From positions 10,121-74,120 of the forward strand of contig NZ_CALVGT010000055.1 of NCBI RefSeq assembly GCF_944327175.1: a stretch of DNA of 64,000 nucleotides, written 5' to 3'. Each line of letters opens with the position of its first letter. Position 1 is the stretch's first letter. The DNA is from an uncultured Lactobacillus sp. GTDB lineage: Bacteria > Bacillota > Bacilli > Lactobacillales > Lactobacillaceae. A model generated the notes under the pieces. That model saw nothing but the letters and a program-made list of their open reading frames with translations, had not been told where the DNA came from and ran no database searches. Shown here piece by piece: positions 11,652-23,649 of the stretch. Both the position numbers and the translations under genes were made by a program.

Positions 11652-12323
11652 ATGGGTTCAAAGATTAACCCAATTGGTTTCCGTCTTGGTGTTAACCGCG
11701 ACTGGGAAGCTAAATGGTACGCTGCTAGAGGCTACAAGGAAACTTTAAACGAAGACCTTCGGATCAGAAAGTTCCTCGATGAAAAGTTGAAGGATGCCTC
11801 CGTATCCACTGTTGAAATCGAACGTGCTGCTAACCGTGTAAACATCGCTATCCACACTGCTCGTCCAGGTATGGTTATCGGTAAGGGCGGCGCTGAAGTT
11901 GAAGCCTTGAATAAGGAAATCAACGCTTTGACTAACAAGCAAGTTCACATTAACATTGTTGAAATCAAGAAGCCTGATCTCGACGCCAAGCTTGTTGCTG
12001 ACGGCATCGCTCGTCAACTTGAAGCTCGTATCGCTTTCCGTCGTGCCAGCCGTCAAGCTGCACAACGTTCAATGCGTGCCGGCGCCAAGGGTATCAAGGT
12101 ACAAACTGCAGGCCGTTTGAACGGTGCTGACATGGCTCGCCGTGAATGGCACACTGAAGGCAGTGTTCCACTTCATACTTTAAGAGCTGACATCGACTAC
12201 GCATGGGTAAACGCATTTACTACCTACGGCGAAATCGGTGTTAAGGTTTGGATCAACCGTGGCGAAATTTTGCCAGGTCGCAAGAATCAACCTGCAAAGC
12301 GTTCAAAGGGAGGTAAGAAGTAA
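11652..12323 (+). CDS. rpsC: 30S ribosomal protein uS3
   Basis: [24 protein letters not shown]... KH-domain protein. Confidence 0.98.
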   Translation: MGSKINPIGFRLGVNRDWEAKWYAARGYKETLNEDLRIRKFLDEKLKDASVSTVEIERAANRVNIAIHTARPGMVIGKGGAEVEALNKEINALTNKQVHINIVEIKKPDLDAKLVADGIARQLEARIAFRRASRQAAQRSMRAGAKGIKVQTAGRLNGADMARREWHTEGSVPLHTLRADIDYAWVNAFTTYGEIGVKVWINRGEILPGRKNQPAKRSKGGKK

Positions 12324-12766
12324 TGCCTTTAGTACCAAAGCGTGTAAAACACCGTCGTGAATTCCGTGGTAAGATGCGTGGTGCTGCCAAGGGTGGCAAG
12401 ACTGTAGCATTTGGTGAATACGGTCTTGAAGCACTTGAATCCCACTGGATTACTAACCGTCAAATCGAAGCTGCCCGTGTTGCGATGACTCGTTACATGA
12501 AGCGTGGTGGTAAGGTTTGGATCAGAATCTTCCCTCAAAAGTCCTACACTGCTAAGGGTGTTGGTGTACGTATGGGTTCCGGTAAGGGTGCACCAGCAGG
12601 TTGGGTAGCTGTAGTTAAGAGAGAAAAGATCATGTTCGAAATTGGTGGCGTTTCAGAAGAAACTGCTCGTGAAGCAATGCGCCTCGCAGCAAGCAAGCTT
12701 CCAATTAAGTGCAAGTTCGTGAAGAGAGAAGACCAGGAAGCAGGTGGCGCAACTAATGAAGACTAA
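12323..12766 (+). CDS. rplP: 50S ribosomal protein uL16
   Basis: [20 protein letters not shown]... TAATG overlap with rpsC. Confidence 0.98.
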   Translation: MPLVPKRVKHRREFRGKMRGAAKGGKTVAFGEYGLEALESHWITNRQIEAARVAMTRYMKRGGKVWIRIFPQKSYTAKGVGVRMGSGKGAPAGWVAVVKREKIMFEIGGVSEETAREAMRLAASKLPIKCKFVKREDQEAGGATNED

Positions 12767-12953
12767 GGAAATCAGATCATTATCAACTGATGAATTGTTG
12801 GCAAAGGAAAAGCAATACAAGGAAGAATTGTTCAACTTGCGTTTCCAACAAGCTACCGGTCAATTAGAAAACACCGCTCGCTTGAGCCAAGTCCGTAAGA
12901 ACATCGCTCGGATCAAGACTATCTTGAGCGAAAAAGAATTAGAACAAAACTAG
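12756..12953 (+). CDS. rpmC: 50S ribosomal protein uL29 (start moved to ATG 12756)
   Basis: [31 protein letters not shown]. The 65-aa length is typical. The ORF-track start 12744 adds 4 unsupported residues. Confidence 0.95.
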   Translation: MKTKEIRSLSTDELLAKEKQYKEELFNLRFQQATGQLENTARLSQVRKNIARIKTILSEKELEQN

Positions 12954-12971
12954 TGGAAGGGAGATACTAAC

Positions 12972-13238
12972 TTGAGCGAATCAATCGAAAGAAACCGCCG
13001 CCATGTTTACCAAGGCCGTGTCGTTTCCGACAAGATGGACAAGACTATCGTTGTTGTAGTTGATACTTACAAGAACCACCCAGTTTACAGCAAGCGTACT
13101 CGTTACTCAAAGAAGTACTACGCTATGGATGAAAATAACGAAGCCAAGGTAGGCGACATCGTTCGTATCATGGAAACCCGTCCATTATCACGTACTAAGC
13201 GTTTCCGTTTAGTTGACATTGTTAAGAAATCTGTTTAA
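12972..13238 (+). CDS. rpsQ: 30S ribosomal protein uS17
   Basis: TTG start. 88 aa with a uS17-like sequence. Confidence 0.97.
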   Translation: MSESIERNRRHVYQGRVVSDKMDKTIVVVVDTYKNHPVYSKRTRYSKKYYAMDENNEAKVGDIVRIMETRPLSRTKRFRLVDIVKKSV

Positions 13239-13268
13239 TTTACGGATTAGCTAAGGGAGGATTTAATA

Positions 13269-13637
13269 GTGATTCAAACTGAAACTCGTTTGAAGGTAGC
13301 TGACAACTCCGGTGCACGTGAATTGCTTGTTATCCGCGTTATGGGCGGGTCAAAGCGCAAGACCGGTAACATCGGTGACATCGTTGTCGCAGCTGTTAAA
13401 CAAGCAACGCCAGGTGGTGTTGTAAAGAAGGGTGACGTCGTTAAGGCTGTTATCGTAAGAACCAAGTCAGGCGCTCGTCGTGAAGACGGTTCATACATCA
13501 AGTTTGACGAAAATGCAGCAGTTATTATCAACGCTGACAAGAGCCCTCGTGGTACTCGTATTTTCGGGCCAGTTGCACGTGAACTCCGTGAAGGGGACTT
13601 CATGAAGATCGTTTCACTTGCCCCTGAAGTATTGTAA
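13269..13637 (+). CDS. rplN: 50S ribosomal protein uL14
   Basis: GTG start. [16 protein letters not shown]... Confidence 0.98.
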   Translation: MIQTETRLKVADNSGARELLVIRVMGGSKRKTGNIGDIVVAAVKQATPGGVVKKGDVVKAVIVRTKSGARREDGSYIKFDENAAVIINADKSPRGTRIFGPVARELREGDFMKIVSLAPEVL

Positions 13638-13653
13638 AAGGAGAGTTGCGCGA

Positions 13654-13893
13654 ATGTTCGTTAAAACTGGTGACAAGGTAAAAGTTATTGCCGGCTCAGA
13701 AAAAGGCAAGGAAGGCACTGTCCTTTCCGTAAACGTTAAGAAGAACCGCGTGGTTGTTAAGGGTGTTAACATGATCAAGAAGGCTACCAAGGCTTCAGCT
13801 GCTAACGCTAACGGCGGTGTGGTTGAAACTGAAGGTTCAATCCACGCTTCTAACGTTAAGGTTATTGCTAAAGCTGAAAGCAACAAAGATTAA
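13654..13893 (+). CDS. rplX: 50S ribosomal protein uL24 (start moved to ATG 13654)
   Basis: [21 protein letters not shown], preceded by an AAAGGAG RBS. The ORF-track extension overlaps the rplN end. Confidence 0.95.
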   Translation: MFVKTGDKVKVIAGSEKGKEGTVLSVNVKKNRVVVKGVNMIKKATKASAANANGGVVETEGSIHASNVKVIAKAESNKD

Positions 13894-13912
13894 TTAGGGA
13901 AGGAGGACACTA

Positions 13913-14455
13913 ATGGCTAATAGTTTTGCAACTAAGTACAACGAAGAAATCGTTCCTGCATTGACTAAGAAGTTTAACTACACTTCAAGCATGCAAGTAC
14001 CAAAGATCGACAAGATCGTTTTGAACATGGGTGTTGGTGACGCCGTTGCCAACGCAAAGAACCTGGACGAAGCTGTTGAAGAATTGACTCTGATCTCTGG
14101 CCAAAAGCCAATGATTACCAAGGCCAAGAAGTCAATCGCCAACTTCCGTTTGCGTGAAGGTATGTCTATCGGTGCTAAGGTTACCCTTAGAGGCGACAGA
14201 ATGTACGACTTCCTGAGCAAGCTGATCAACGTATCTCTTCCACGTGTTCGTGACTTCCGTGGTGTTTCAACTCGTTCATTTGACGGCCGGGGCAACTACA
14301 CTCTGGGTGTTAAGGAACAATTGATCTTCCCAGAAATCGACTTCGATAAGGTTAACCGCACTAGAGGTTTGGATATCGTTATCGTAACTACTGCTCAAAC
14401 TGATGAAGAAGCTCGTGAACTTTTGACTCAATTTGGCATGCCATTTGCTAAGTAA
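13913..14455 (+). CDS. rplE: 50S ribosomal protein uL5
   Basis: 180 aa with a uL5-like sequence. Conserved order. Confidence 0.98.
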   Translation: MANSFATKYNEEIVPALTKKFNYTSSMQVPKIDKIVLNMGVGDAVANAKNLDEAVEELTLISGQKPMITKAKKSIANFRLREGMSIGAKVTLRGDRMYDFLSKLINVSLPRVRDFRGVSTRSFDGRGNYTLGVKEQLIFPEIDFDKVNRTRGLDIVIVTTAQTDEEARELLTQFGMPFAK

Positions 14456-14469
14456 TTTGGAGGACATAC

Positions 14470-14655
14470 ATGGCTAAGACATCACAAAAGGAAAGAAATC
14501 ACCGTCCTGCAAAGTTTTCTTCACGTGAATACACTCGCTGCGAACGTTGTGGGCGTCCACACTCTGTTTACCGCAAGTTTGGTTTGTGCCGCATTTGCCT
14601 GAAGGAATTGGGACACAAAGGTCAAATTCCTGGTCTTAAGAAGGCCAGCTGGTAA
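14470..14655 (+). CDS. rpsN: 30S ribosomal protein uS14, zinc-binding type Z
   Basis: 61 aa with CERCGRP...CRIC (CxxC..CxxC). Confidence 0.97.
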   Translation: MAKTSQKERNHRPAKFSSREYTRCERCGRPHSVYRKFGLCRICLKELGHKGQIPGLKKASW

Positions 14656-14677
14656 ATCGGTAAGGAGGATAGCATAG

Positions 14678-15076
14678 ATGGTATTGACTGACCCAATCGC
14701 AGACTTTTTGACTAGAATCAGAAACGCCAACATGGCTATGCACGATTCAGTAGAAATTCCTGCATCAAACATTAAGAAGTCACTTGCAGAAATCTTGAAG
14801 CAAGAAGGTTTCATCCGTGACTACGAAGTAACTGAAGACGGTAAGCAAGGCGTAATCAAGGTTACCTTGAAGTACGGTCCAAACGGTGAACGTGTTATCT
14901 CCGGTTTGAAGCGTATCTCCAAGCCAGGTTTGAGAAACTACGTTTCAGCTGACAACCTGCCAAAGGTTCTGAATGGCTTAGGTATCGCTATTGTTTCTAC
15001 TTCAGCTGGTATCCTTACCGACAAGGAAGCTAGAGAAAAGAACGTCGGCGGCGAAGTTATCGCTTACGTTTGGTAA
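14678..15076 (+). CDS. rpsH: 30S ribosomal protein uS8
   Basis: [17 protein letters not shown]... Confidence 0.98.
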   Translation: MVLTDPIADFLTRIRNANMAMHDSVEIPASNIKKSLAEILKQEGFIRDYEVTEDGKQGVIKVTLKYGPNGERVISGLKRISKPGLRNYVSADNLPKVLNGLGIAIVSTSAGILTDKEAREKNVGGEVIAYVW

Positions 15077-15100
15077 TTCTGACAGGAAGGAGAACAATTA

Positions 15101-15631
15101 ATGAGCCGTATTGGTTTAAAGGTAATTAACGTCCCTGAAAGTGTCACTGTTACCAAGAATGGTAATGAAATTACTGTTAAGGGCCCAAAGGGTGAATTGA
15201 CTAGAGAATTCGACCCACGCATCAAGTTTGAACAAGAAGACGGCGTAATCCGCTTCACTCGTTCAAACGAAAATGACAAGGCTATCCACGGCACTATGAG
15301 AGCCAACCTGGCTAACATGATCGAAGGTGTCGTAACTGGCTACAAGAAGGAATTGAAGCTGATCGGTGTTGGTTACCGTGCAGTTGCCAAGAACAATGTC
15401 TTGACTCTGAACGTTGGCTACTCACACCCAGTTGAAATGAAGGCCCCAGAAGGCGTTACTGTTACTACCTCATCAGCAACTGACGTTACTGTTGAAGGTA
15501 TCTCAAAGCAAGTAGTCGGCCAATTTGCTGCGGAAATTCGCGCTGTACGTTCACCTGAACCTTACAAGGGCAAGGGTATCCGTTACGCTGACGAAGTCGT
15601 TCGCCGCAAGGAAGGTAAGACTGGTAAGTAA
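15101..15631 (+). CDS. rplF: 50S ribosomal protein uL6
   Basis: [17 protein letters not shown]... Confidence 0.98.
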   Translation: MSRIGLKVINVPESVTVTKNGNEITVKGPKGELTREFDPRIKFEQEDGVIRFTRSNENDKAIHGTMRANLANMIEGVVTGYKKELKLIGVGYRAVAKNNVLTLNVGYSHPVEMKAPEGVTVTTSSATDVTVEGISKQVVGQFAAEIRAVRSPEPYKGKGIRYADEVVRRKEGKTGK

Positions 15632-15656
15632 TAGAAAATAATTTTGAGGTGAAATT

Positions 15657-16016
15657 GTGATTTCAAAACCAGATAAAAACAAGTTGCGCTTAAAGCGCCA
15701 CAGACGTGTTCGCGGTAAGATTTCTGGTACTGCTGAGCGCCCACGCTTGAGTGTTTTCCGTTCAAACACTAACATCTACGCTCAATTGATTGATGACGTA
15801 GCGGGTGTCACGCTTGCAAGTGCCTCAAGTTTAGACAAGTCCGTTTCAAAGGATGCTACCAAGGTAGAACAAGCTCAAGCTGTTGGCAAGGCCATCGCTG
15901 AAGCTGGTAAGGCCAAGGGCATCACTGAAGTTGTCTTCGACAGAGGTGGTTACATCTACCACGGTCGTGTAGAAGCTTTGGCTGACGCAGCTCGTGAAAA
16001 CGGCTTAGAATTCTAG
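15657..16016 (+). CDS. rplR: 50S ribosomal protein uL18
   Basis: GTG start. 119 aa with a uL18-like sequence. Confidence 0.97.
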   Translation: MISKPDKNKLRLKRHRRVRGKISGTAERPRLSVFRSNTNIYAQLIDDVAGVTLASASSLDKSVSKDATKVEQAQAVGKAIAEAGKAKGITEVVFDRGGYIYHGRVEALADAARENGLEF

Positions 16017-16032
16017 GAAAGGAGATTAACAC

Positions 16033-16545
16033 ATGGCAAACCGCAACGATTCAAGAAATCGTAGAAACAAGGACGACATCGAAGATCAACTGGTCGCTAT
16101 CAACCGGATTACCAAGGTTGTTAAGGGTGGTCGCCGTCAAAGATTTGCTGCCTTAGTTGTCGTTGGTGACAAGAAGGGTCACGTTGGCTTTGGTACTGGT
16201 AAGGCAACTGAAGTTCCAGAAGCTATCCGCAAAGCAGTCGAAGCCGGCAAGAAGAACATGATCTCAGTTCCAACTGTTGGTACTACTATTCCTCACGAAG
16301 TACTTGGCCACTACGGCTCAGGTAACGTTCTGCTTAAGCCAGCTGAAGCCGGTTCTGGTATTGCAGCTGGTGGTGCCGTACGTATCGTTATGGACATGGC
16401 TGGTGTCGGCGACGTTACTTCCAAGTCTTTGGGTTCAAACACTCCAATCAACGTTATCCGGGCCACTATCGATGGTCTGCAAAAGTTGAAGACTCGCGAA
16501 GACGTTCTGAAGCTTCGTGAATCAGCTAAGAGCTTGCAAGATTAG
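16033..16545 (+). CDS. rpsE: 30S ribosomal protein uS5
   Basis: 170 aa. [16 protein letters not shown] motif. Confidence 0.98.
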   Translation: MANRNDSRNRRNKDDIEDQLVAINRITKVVKGGRRQRFAALVVVGDKKGHVGFGTGKATEVPEAIRKAVEAGKKNMISVPTVGTTIPHEVLGHYGSGNVLLKPAEAGSGIAAGGAVRIVMDMAGVGDVTSKSLGSNTPINVIRATIDGLQKLKTREDVLKLRESAKSLQD

Positions 16546-16556
16546 GGAGATTATAG

Positions 16557-16742
16557 ATGACAGATTTAAAGATTACTTTAATTAGAAGTGTTGCCCACCG
16601 TCTGCCTGAACAAAGAAAAGTTGTTAAAGCTCTCGGCTTAGGCAAGATCAACAGTACTGTTGTCCAACCAGACAACGCTGCAACTCGTGGCGCGCTGATG
16701 AAAATCGCTCACTTAATTTCTGTTGAAGAAGTTAACAAATAA
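16557..16742 (+). CDS. rpmD: 50S ribosomal protein uL30
   Basis: 61 aa. Conserved position between rpsE and rplO. Confidence 0.96.
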   Translation: MTDLKITLIRSVAHRLPEQRKVVKALGLGKINSTVVQPDNAATRGALMKIAHLISVEEVNK

Positions 16743-16762
16743 ATCAAGGAGGGTCCAATTTA

Positions 16763-17203
16763 ATGAAACTTAATGAATTACACCCATCCGAAGGTTCACG
16801 CCACGCTAGAAAGCGTGTCGGCCGTGGTACTTCAAGTGGCTTCGGTAAGACTTCAGGTCGTGGTCAAAAGGGTCAACACGCACGTTCCGGCGGTAACACC
16901 CGTTTAGGTTTTGAAGGTGGTCAAATGCCATTGTTCAGAACTATGCCTAAGCGTGGTTTCAAGAACATCAACCGCAAGGAATACGCAATCGTTAACCTTG
17001 CAGATTTGAACAAGTTCGAAGAAGGCAGCGTAGTTGACTTCGAAGCTTTGAAGGCTAAGGGCTTGGTTAAGAAGCAATTGTCTGGTGTCAAGGTACTTGG
17101 CAACGGCGAATTGAACGTTAAGTTGACTGTAAAGGTTAACAAGGTTTCTGAAGCTGCTAAGAGCGCGATCGAAGCAGCTGGTGGCACTGTAGAGGTGATC
17201 TAA
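16763..17203 (+). CDS. rplO: 50S ribosomal protein uL15
   Basis: [22 protein letters not shown]... Confidence 0.98.
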   Translation: MKLNELHPSEGSRHARKRVGRGTSSGFGKTSGRGQKGQHARSGGNTRLGFEGGQMPLFRTMPKRGFKNINRKEYAIVNLADLNKFEEGSVVDFEALKAKGLVKKQLSGVKVLGNGELNVKLTVKVNKVSEAAKSAIEAAGGTVEVI

Positions 17204-18498
17204 TGTTTTCAACCTTGAAGAACGCCTTCAAGGATAAGGAAATTAGAAATAAGCTTTTCTATACTTTGTTTATCCTTGTAATTTACCGACTCGGTGCAAA
17301 TATTACAGTTCCGGGGATAAATGCGAAAGCTCTGACGACGGTTGCTAATACGGGACTTGTTTCCGTGTTAGATACGGTTTCCGGTGGTGGCTTGGACAAC
17401 TACTCCATCTTCTCTTTGGGGGTATCACCATACATCACCGCGCAAATCGTTATCCAACTGCTGCAGATGGACATCGTACCAACGCTTGTCGAATGGGGCA
17501 AGCAAGGGGAAGTTGGTCGGCGCAAAACCAATCAGGTTACCCGGTATTTAACGCTGTTTGTTGCTTTTGTCCAGAGTGTGGGGATTACATTAGGTTTTAA
17601 CGCCTTGTCTTCCTTCGGTCTGGTTAAGACTCAAACTTGGCAAACCTACTTCGAAATCGGTATGATCATGACAGCTGGTACCTTCCTGTTAACTTGGCTG
17701 GGTGATGAAATTACCGATAAGGGTTTAGGCAATGGGGTTTCAGTAATTATCTTTGCTGGGATCATTGCCCGCCTGCCAGGCGGACTTTACCAAGTCTTCC
17801 AAGATCAGGTGATCAACAACAGTGCAAGTGATCGCTGGCAAGGAGTTGCGTTCTTCGTTGCGCTTATTGTCGCAATTTTATTGGTAACGAAATTCGTTAC
17901 CTGGGTTGAACAAGCTGATCGTCGCATTCCTATCCAATATACGAGAAGAGCGGCGACCAGTGGATCAGAAAGTTTTCTACCATTAAAGGTTAACGTCTCC
18001 GGCGTTATTCCAGTTATCTTCGCCAGTTCGTTCATCGTTACGCCAGCCACGATTCTGATGGCTTTCCAAGGCAAGTACGGCGACACGACTTGGTATCAGG
18101 TCTTATCGAATATCTTTAGCTTGCAGACGACCCCTGGTGCAATTATCTACACCCTTTTGATCATTCTATTTACTTTCTTCTATGCCTTCGTTCAGGTAAA
18201 TCCTGAGAAGCTGGCGGAAAACTTACAAAAGCAGGGTGCATATATTCCTAGCGTGTGGCCAGGTAAGGACACTGAGAAATATATGAGTTCAATGTTGCTG
18301 AAGCTTTCAACGGTCGGGTCCGTATATCTGGGTTTGGTTGCTTTGCTTCCACAGCTTGCAACCAACATCTGGGACCTGCCAAGTTCAATTGGCTTGGGTG
18401 GGACCAGCTTGTTGATCGTTATCGGGGTTGTTCTGGAATTGTCACGGCAAATCAACGGTTTGTTGATGAAGCGTGAATATGCCGGATTTATTAGATAG
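17203..18498 (+). CDS. secY: Preprotein translocase subunit SecY
   Basis: 431-aa 10-TM protein in the canonical position. TAATG overlap with rplO. Confidence 0.98.
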   Translation: MFSTLKNAFKDKEIRNKLFYTLFILVIYRLGANITVPGINAKALTTVANTGLVSVLDTVSGGGLDNYSIFSLGVSPYITAQIVIQLLQMDIVPTLVEWGKQGEVGRRKTNQVTRYLTLFVAFVQSVGITLGFNALSSFGLVKTQTWQTYFEIGMIMTAGTFLLTWLGDEITDKGLGNGVSVIIFAGIIARLPGGLYQVFQDQVINNSASDRWQGVAFFVALIVAILLVTKFVTWVEQADRRIPIQYTRRAATSGSESFLPLKVNVSGVIPVIFASSFIVTPATILMAFQGKYGDTTWYQVLSNIFSLQTTPGAIIYTLLIILFTFFYAFVQVNPEKLAENLQKQGAYIPSVWPGKDTEKYMSSMLLKLSTVGSVYLGLVALLPQLATNIWDLPSSIGLGGTSLLIVIGVVLELSRQINGLLMKREYAGFIR

Positions 18499-18508
18499 GT
18501 GAAAAAAT

Positions 18509-19162
18509 ATGATTAATTTGATTCTTCTTGGTCTGCCAGGCGCAGGCAAGGGTACTGCATCTGAACAAATCGTTGACAAGTATCACTTGGCTCACATTTC
18601 AACCGGTGATATGTTTAGAGAAGCTATGGCTAACAAGACTCCAGTAGGCTTGGAAGCCAAGTCTTACATCGACAAGGGCGATTTGGTTCCAGACGAAGTA
18701 ACTGCTAAGTTGGTTGAAGATCGTCTCGGTCAAGACGACGTTAAGAATGGTTTCATTCTTGACGGTTTCCCGAGAACGACTAACCAGGCAGAATTGCTCG
18801 ACGAAATCACTACCCGCTTGAACAAGCAGCTGACCAACGTCATCGCAATCGATGTCAAGGAAGAGACTTTAATCGATCGTTTATCTGCACGGTTCATGTG
18901 CAAGAATTGCGGCGCAACTTACAACAAGTTCTCAAAGAAACCTAAGGTCGAAGGGACTTGCGACCGTTGCGGCGGCCACGAGTTCTATCAACGTGAAGAC
19001 GACAAGCCTGAAGTTGTCAAGAACCGGCTGGAAGTTAACGAAAAGATGAACGCTCCATTGAAGGAGTACTATGACAAGAAGGGTTTGCTCGCTACTGTAA
19101 ACGGCGAACAAGCACCTGAAAAAGTTTTTGCAGATATCGACGCTATCCTGAGCAAGGATTAG
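18509..19162 (+). CDS. adk: Adenylate kinase (zinc-lid type)
   Basis: P-loop GLPGAGKGT. Lid CKNCG...CDRCGG. Confidence 0.98.
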   Translation: MINLILLGLPGAGKGTASEQIVDKYHLAHISTGDMFREAMANKTPVGLEAKSYIDKGDLVPDEVTAKLVEDRLGQDDVKNGFILDGFPRTTNQAELLDEITTRLNKQLTNVIAIDVKEETLIDRLSARFMCKNCGATYNKFSKKPKVEGTCDRCGGHEFYQREDDKPEVVKNRLEVNEKMNAPLKEYYDKKGLLATVNGEQAPEKVFADIDAILSKD

Positions 19163-19172
19163 CTGAAAGAAT

Positions 19173-19200
19173 TTGCAAATTTTTTCGAACGTGTTATAAT
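19173..19200 (+). promoter_or_regulatory. Candidate internal promoter upstream of infA
   Basis: TTGCAA, 16 nt spacer, TATAAT, with TGT immediately upstream of the -10 box. Confidence 0.5.
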
Positions 19201-19237
19201 TTCGAAGTATGACTGTTTTGATTGCGGAGGGGCAACT

Positions 19238-19459
19238 TTGGCAAAAGATGATGTCATTGAAGTAGAAGGTAAGGTAGTTGATACCTTACCTAATGCTATG
19301 TTTAAAGTCGAATTGGAAAACGGTGCCACTATTTTGGCTCACGTTTCCGGCAAGATCAGAATGCACTACATTCGGATCCTGCCTGGCGACCGGGTCACTG
19401 TGGAGCTGTCTCCATATGACTTGACTAAAGGTAGAATTACGTATCGGTTTATTAAATAA
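19238..19459 (+). CDS. infA: Translation initiation factor IF-1
   Basis: TTG start. [29 protein letters not shown]... Confidence 0.98.
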   Translation: MAKDDVIEVEGKVVDTLPNAMFKVELENGATILAHVSGKIRMHYIRILPGDRVTVELSPYDLTKGRITYRFIK

Positions 19460-19473
19460 AAACGGAGGCAAAC

Positions 19474-19590
19474 ATGAAGGTTAGACCATCTGTTAAGCCA
19501 ATGTGCGAACATTGCAAGGTCATTAAGAGACATGGTCGTGTTATGGTTATTTGCCCTGCAAATCCAAAGCACAAGCAACGTCAAGGTTAA
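19474..19590 (+). CDS. rpmJ: 50S ribosomal protein bL36
   Basis: 38-aa ORF that is not in the ORF track: [46 protein letters not shown] upstream. Confidence 0.96.
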   Translation: MKVRPSVKPMCEHCKVIKRHGRVMVICPANPKHKQRQG

Positions 19591-19615
19591 TTTTAGAAAG
19601 TAGGAGGTGCATTAT

Positions 19616-19966
19616 ATGGCACGTATCGCTGGTGTTGACTTACCAAGAGATAAAAGAGTTGTTATCGCTTTAACTTACATTTACGGTATCGGTGAACACA
19701 CTGCACAAGAAATCTGTGCAGCAGCCGGTGTATCTGAAGACGTTCGTTCAAAGGACTTGACCCCAGAACAACAAGAAAAGCTTCGTGCAGAAGTCGACAA
19801 GTACCGTGTTGAAGGTGACTTGCGTCGTGAAGTAAGCATGAACATTAAGCGTCTTGTTGATATCGGTTCATACCGTGGTATCCGTCACCGTCGCGGTCTT
19901 CCAGTTCGTGGTCAAAACACCAAGAACAACGCACGTACTCGTAAGGGTGCTAAGAGAAGCCGTTAA
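19616..19966 (+). CDS. rpsM: 30S ribosomal protein uS13 (start moved to ATG 19616)
   Basis: [15 protein letters not shown]... canonical N-terminus, with an AGGAGG RBS directly upstream. Confidence 0.96.
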   Translation: MARIAGVDLPRDKRVVIALTYIYGIGEHTAQEICAAAGVSEDVRSKDLTPEQQEKLRAEVDKYRVEGDLRREVSMNIKRLVDIGSYRGIRHRRGLPVRGQNTKNNARTRKGAKRSR

Positions 19967-19994
19967 TCCAAAAATAATATAAGGAGGTTTATTG

Positions 19995-20384
19995 ATGCCT
20001 GCAAAGAAAACTGCTCGTAAGCGTCGTGTGAAGAAGCACGTTGAAAGTGGCGTGGCTCACATTCACTCAACGTTTAACAACACTTTAGTTATGATTACTG
20101 ACGTTCAAGGTAACGCCGTTGCTTGGTCTTCAGCTGGTGCTTTGGGTTTCAAGGGTAGCCGTAAGTCTACTCCATTTGCTGCGCAAATGGCTGCCGAAGC
20201 TGCTGCTAAGAGCGCAATTGACCAAGGTATGAACCACATCGAAGTATCAGTTAAGGGCCCAGGTTCTGGTCGTGAATCAGCAATCCGTGCTCTGCAAGCT
20301 GCTGGTCTGGAAATCACTTCAATCCGTGACGTTACTCCAGTACCTCACAACGGTTCTAGACCACCAAAGCGTCGTCGTGTTTAA
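19995..20384 (+). CDS. rpsK: 30S ribosomal protein uS11
   Basis: [15 protein letters not shown]... ATG at 19995, one codon after the TTG used by the ORF track. Confidence 0.95.
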   Translation: MPAKKTARKRRVKKHVESGVAHIHSTFNNTLVMITDVQGNAVAWSSAGALGFKGSRKSTPFAAQMAAEAAAKSAIDQGMNHIEVSVKGPGSGRESAIRALQAAGLEITSIRDVTPVPHNGSRPPKRRRV

Positions 20385-20427
20385 TAAAATCTTACTTTGA
20401 GACGTGCGTTTTGAAAGGGGCCCAGTA

Positions 20428-21366
20428 ATGATTGAATTTAAAAAACCAAATATTACCGTCGTGGATCAAGAAGACAGTTACGGTAAGTTTGTCGTTGAAC
20501 CGCTGGAGCGTGGGTTTGGTACTACCTTAGGTAATTCACTGCGTCGGGTTTTGCTGACTTCTGTTCCAGGGACCGGTTTGGTGAAGGTGAAGATCGATGG
20601 TGTCTTGCACGAATTCACTACTGTTCCCGGTGTTAAGGAAGACGTAACCAAGATCATCTTGAACCTGAAGAAGCTTGAACTCAGAGCCTATACTGAAGAA
20701 GTAAAGACGATCGAACTCGACGTTGAAGGTCCAGCTACGGTAACTGCTGAAGATTTGAAGGCTGACGCTGATGTGGAAGTCTTGAATCCTGACCAATACA
20801 TTTGTACCATCGCTCAAGGTGGCCACCTGCACATGTGGATTGATGTCTGCAACGGCCGGGGCTACGTACCAGCCAGCGAAAACAAGACTGCTGAAATGTC
20901 TATTGGTGACATTCCAGTTGACTCACTTTTCTCACCAATCGAAAAGGTTAACTACCAAGTTGAATCAACCCGGGTTGGTAAGAGAGAAGACTTTGACAAG
21001 CTTACCCTGGAAATTTGGACAAATGGTTCAATCGCTCCGAATGACGCCCTCAACTTTGCCGCCCGTGTTCTGGTCGAACACTTCAAGGCCTTCGAATCAG
21101 CTGACGCTGCTGCCGAAATCGGCGAAGTTATGGTAGAACAGGAGAACGACCAAAAGGAAAAGAAGCTCGAAATGACTATCGAGGACCTGGACCTTTCAGT
21201 TCGTTCATACAACTGCTTGAAGCGGGCTGGCATCAACACCCTGCAAGACTTGACTGTTAAGTCAGAAGCAGAAATGATGCGGGTACGCAACCTGGGACGT
21301 AAATCATTGGAAGAAGTTAAGAATAAATTGGCAGACCTGGGTCTTTCACTTCGTCAAGAAGACTAG
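20428..21366 (+). CDS. rpoA: DNA-directed RNA polymerase subunit alpha (start moved to ATG 20428)
   Basis: [40 protein letters not shown], a canonical N-terminus. Confidence 0.97.
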   Translation: MIEFKKPNITVVDQEDSYGKFVVEPLERGFGTTLGNSLRRVLLTSVPGTGLVKVKIDGVLHEFTTVPGVKEDVTKIILNLKKLELRAYTEEVKTIELDVEGPATVTAEDLKADADVEVLNPDQYICTIAQGGHLHMWIDVCNGRGYVPASENKTAEMSIGDIPVDSLFSPIEKVNYQVESTRVGKREDFDKLTLEIWTNGSIAPNDALNFAARVLVEHFKAFESADAAAEIGEVMVEQENDQKEKKLEMTIEDLDLSVRSYNCLKRAGINTLQDLTVKSEAEMMRVRNLGRKSLEEVKNKLADLGLSLRQED

Positions 21367-21389
21367 TCTGTAATAAAGGAGGCACATTA

Positions 21390-21773
21390 ATGTCATACCG
21401 TAAATTAGGTTGGGACAGTAGTCAAAGAAAAGCTATGCTCCGTGAAATGACTACCCAATTGATCATTAACGAACGCATCGTCACTACTGAAGCTCGCGCT
21501 AAGGAAGTACGTCGCACTGCTGAAAAGATGATCACTTTGGGCAAGCGCGGTGACTTGGCTGCAAGAAGAAAGGCTGCTGCTTTTGTACGTAACGAAATCG
21601 CTGATATCCACGAAGAAGGCGACGAAGTAGTTGTTAAGTCAGCACTTCAAAAGCTCTTCAGCGACGTAGCTCCTCGTTACAAGGACCGTAACGGTGGTTA
21701 CACCCGGATCATGAAGCTGGCAGTTCCTCGTAAGGGTGACGCAGCTCCTATGGTAGTTTTGGAATTGGTTTAA
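21390..21773 (+). CDS. rplQ: 50S ribosomal protein bL17
   Basis: [20 protein letters not shown]... Confidence 0.98.
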   Translation: MSYRKLGWDSSQRKAMLREMTTQLIINERIVTTEARAKEVRRTAEKMITLGKRGDLAARRKAAAFVRNEIADIHEEGDEVVVKSALQKLFSDVAPRYKDRNGGYTRIMKLAVPRKGDAAPMVVLELV

Positions 21774-21873
21774 TTCTTAAGCTGTAAATTTAATACTTTT
21801 TGAAATTATTCATGAAAGCGAGAATAAGCGCGATGATGATGGGGAAACCTTAGTCTAGCTTAGATGGTTCGAT

Positions 21874-21903
21874 ATCATCCCTCTTCATGGATGATTTTTT
21901 TTT
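21874..21903 (+). terminator. Intrinsic terminator after rplQ
   Basis: ATCATCC ctcttcat GGATGAT followed by T8. Confidence 0.7.
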
Positions 21904-21921
21904 CGCTTTTTTTCCGTCACT

Positions 21922-21930
21922 TGATACAAT
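21922..21930 (+). promoter_or_regulatory. Possible extended -10 promoter for the ecf operon
   Basis: TGATACAAT (TGn plus TACAAT). The -35 is weak. Confidence 0.3.
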
Positions 21931-21961
21931 AGAAGAAAATGAGCAAATAGGTGGTGACGCG

Positions 21962-22810
21962 ATGAGCGACAATATTATTTCTTTTGACCATGTGACTTTT
22001 ACTTACCCGGACAGCCCGCGGCCAGCAGTTTCTGACCTCTCTTTTGCGATTGAGCGGGGAAGCTGGACAGCTTTGATCGGCCATAACGGCAGCGGCAAGT
22101 CGACGGTCTCTAAATTGATCAATGGCCTGCTGGCACCGGATGACTTGGACAAGTCCACTATCATGGTTGACGGGGTCAAGCTGAGGGCTGACACGGTTTG
22201 GGAAGTCAGAGAGAAGGTCGGCATTGTCTTCCAGAATCCTGATAACCAGTTTGTCGGGGCCACGGTCAGTGACGATGTTGCTTTTGGCTTGGAGAACCGG
22301 GCAGTACCCCGGCCGGAAATGCTGAAAATCGTCGCTCAGGCGGTCGCTGACGTTGGTATGGCTGATTATGCCGACAGCGAGCCCAGCAACCTCTCAGGGG
22401 GGCAGAAACAGCGCGTAGCGATCGCCGGAATCTTGGCGGTCAAGCCCCAGGTCATCATCCTGGATGAGTCGACCTCCATGCTGGACCCAGAAGGCAAGGA
22501 GCAGATTTTGGACCTGGTCCGGAAGATCAAGGAAGACAATAACTTGACGGTTATTTCCATCACCCACGACTTGGAAGAAGCTGCGGGGGCTGACCAGGTT
22601 TTGGTCTTAGACGACGGCCAGCTGCTGGACCAGGGCAAGCCGGAGGAAATTTTTTCTAAGGTGGAGATGCTGGAGCGGATCGGCCTGGACATTCCCTTTG
22701 TCTACCGGCTCAAGCAGCTCTTGAAGGAACGGGGGATTGTGCTCCCGGATGAAATTGATGATGAGGAAAAGTTGGTTCAGAGCTTATGGCAATTAAATTC
22801 GAAAATGTAA
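21962..22810 (+). CDS. ecfA1: ECF transporter ATPase component 1 (start moved to ATG 21962)
   Basis: Walker [10 protein letters not shown], signature LSGGQKQR, Walker B IILDEST. The ORF-track extension overlaps the rplQ terminator. Confidence 0.93.
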   Translation: MSDNIISFDHVTFTYPDSPRPAVSDLSFAIERGSWTALIGHNGSGKSTVSKLINGLLAPDDLDKSTIMVDGVKLRADTVWEVREKVGIVFQNPDNQFVGATVSDDVAFGLENRAVPRPEMLKIVAQAVADVGMADYADSEPSNLSGGQKQRVAIAGILAVKPQVIILDESTSMLDPEGKEQILDLVRKIKEDNNLTVISITHDLEEAAGADQVLVLDDGQLLDQGKPEEIFSKVEMLERIGLDIPFVYRLKQLLKERGIVLPDEIDDEEKLVQSLWQLNSKM

Positions 22811-23649
22811 GTTATATCTACAGCCCTGGCTCACCGCTGGAGGCGATCGGCCTGGACCAGCTGAATTTCAGTCTGGAAGAGGGGAAGTTCATCGCTCTGG
22901 TTGGCCATACGGGCAGCGGCAAGTCGACCTTGATGCAGCACTTTAACGCGCTGTTAAAGCCTACCAGCGGCAAGATCGAAATCGCGGGCTACACTATCAC
23001 CCCCGAGACTGGGAATAAGGGCTTGAAGGACCTGCGCCGCAAGGTGAGCCTGGCCTTTCAGTTCCCTGAGGCCCAGCTCTTCGAAAACACGGTTCTAAAG
23101 GACGTTGAGTATGGGCCAAGGAACTTTGGCTTCAGTGAAGATGAGGCCCGTGAGGCGGCCTTAAAATGGCTTAAAAAGGTGGGTCTGAAAGATGACTTGA
23201 TTGAGCATTCGCCATTTGACCTGTCCGGCGGGCAGATGCGGCGGGTGGCCCTGGCTGGGGTTTTGGCCTATGAGCCGGAGATCATCTGTTTAGATGAGCC
23301 GGCAGCTGGCCTGGACCCAATGGGGCGGCTGGAAATGATGCAGTTGTTTAAGGACTACCAGGCAGCCGGGCATACGGTGATTTTGGTAACCCACAACATG
23401 GATGACGTGGCAGATTACGCCGACGACGTCCTGGTCTTGGAACATGGCCGCTTGATCAAGCACGCCAGCCCTAAGGAAGTCTTCAAAGACAGTGAATGGC
23501 TGCAAAAGCACCACCTAGCTGAACCCCGCAGCGCCCGTTTTGCCGCAAAACTTGAGGAAGCCGGCTTAAAGCTGCCGGGCCAGCCCTTGACTATGCCGGA
23601 ACTGGCGGACGCGATCAAGCAAAGCCTAAAGGGGGGAGAGCATGAGTAA
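22786..23649 (+). CDS. ecfA2: ECF transporter ATPase component 2
   Basis: [28 protein letters not shown]. Second ATPase of the conserved ecfA1A2T module after rplQ. Confidence 0.93.
   Translation: MAIKFENVSYIYSPGSPLEAIGLDQLNFSLEEGKFIALVGHTGSGKSTLMQHFNALLKPTSGKIEIAGYTITPETGNKGLKDLRRKVSLAFQFPEAQLFENTVLKDVEYGPRNFGFSEDEAREAALKWLKKVGLKDDLIEHSPFDLSGGQMRRVALAGVLAYEPEIICLDEPAAGLDPMGRLEMMQLFKDYQAAGHTVILVTHNMDDVADYADDVLVLEHGRLIKHASPKEVFKDSEWLQKHHLAEPRSARFAAKLEEAGLKLPGQPLTMPELADAIKQSLKGGEHE

Noticed and set aside
21887-21961. ORF-track N-terminal extension of ecfA1 (MDDFFFAFFPSLD...)
   Set aside because: The extension starts inside the rplQ terminator hairpin and T-run and is low-complexity. The conserved ATPase N-terminus begins at the ATG at 21962.
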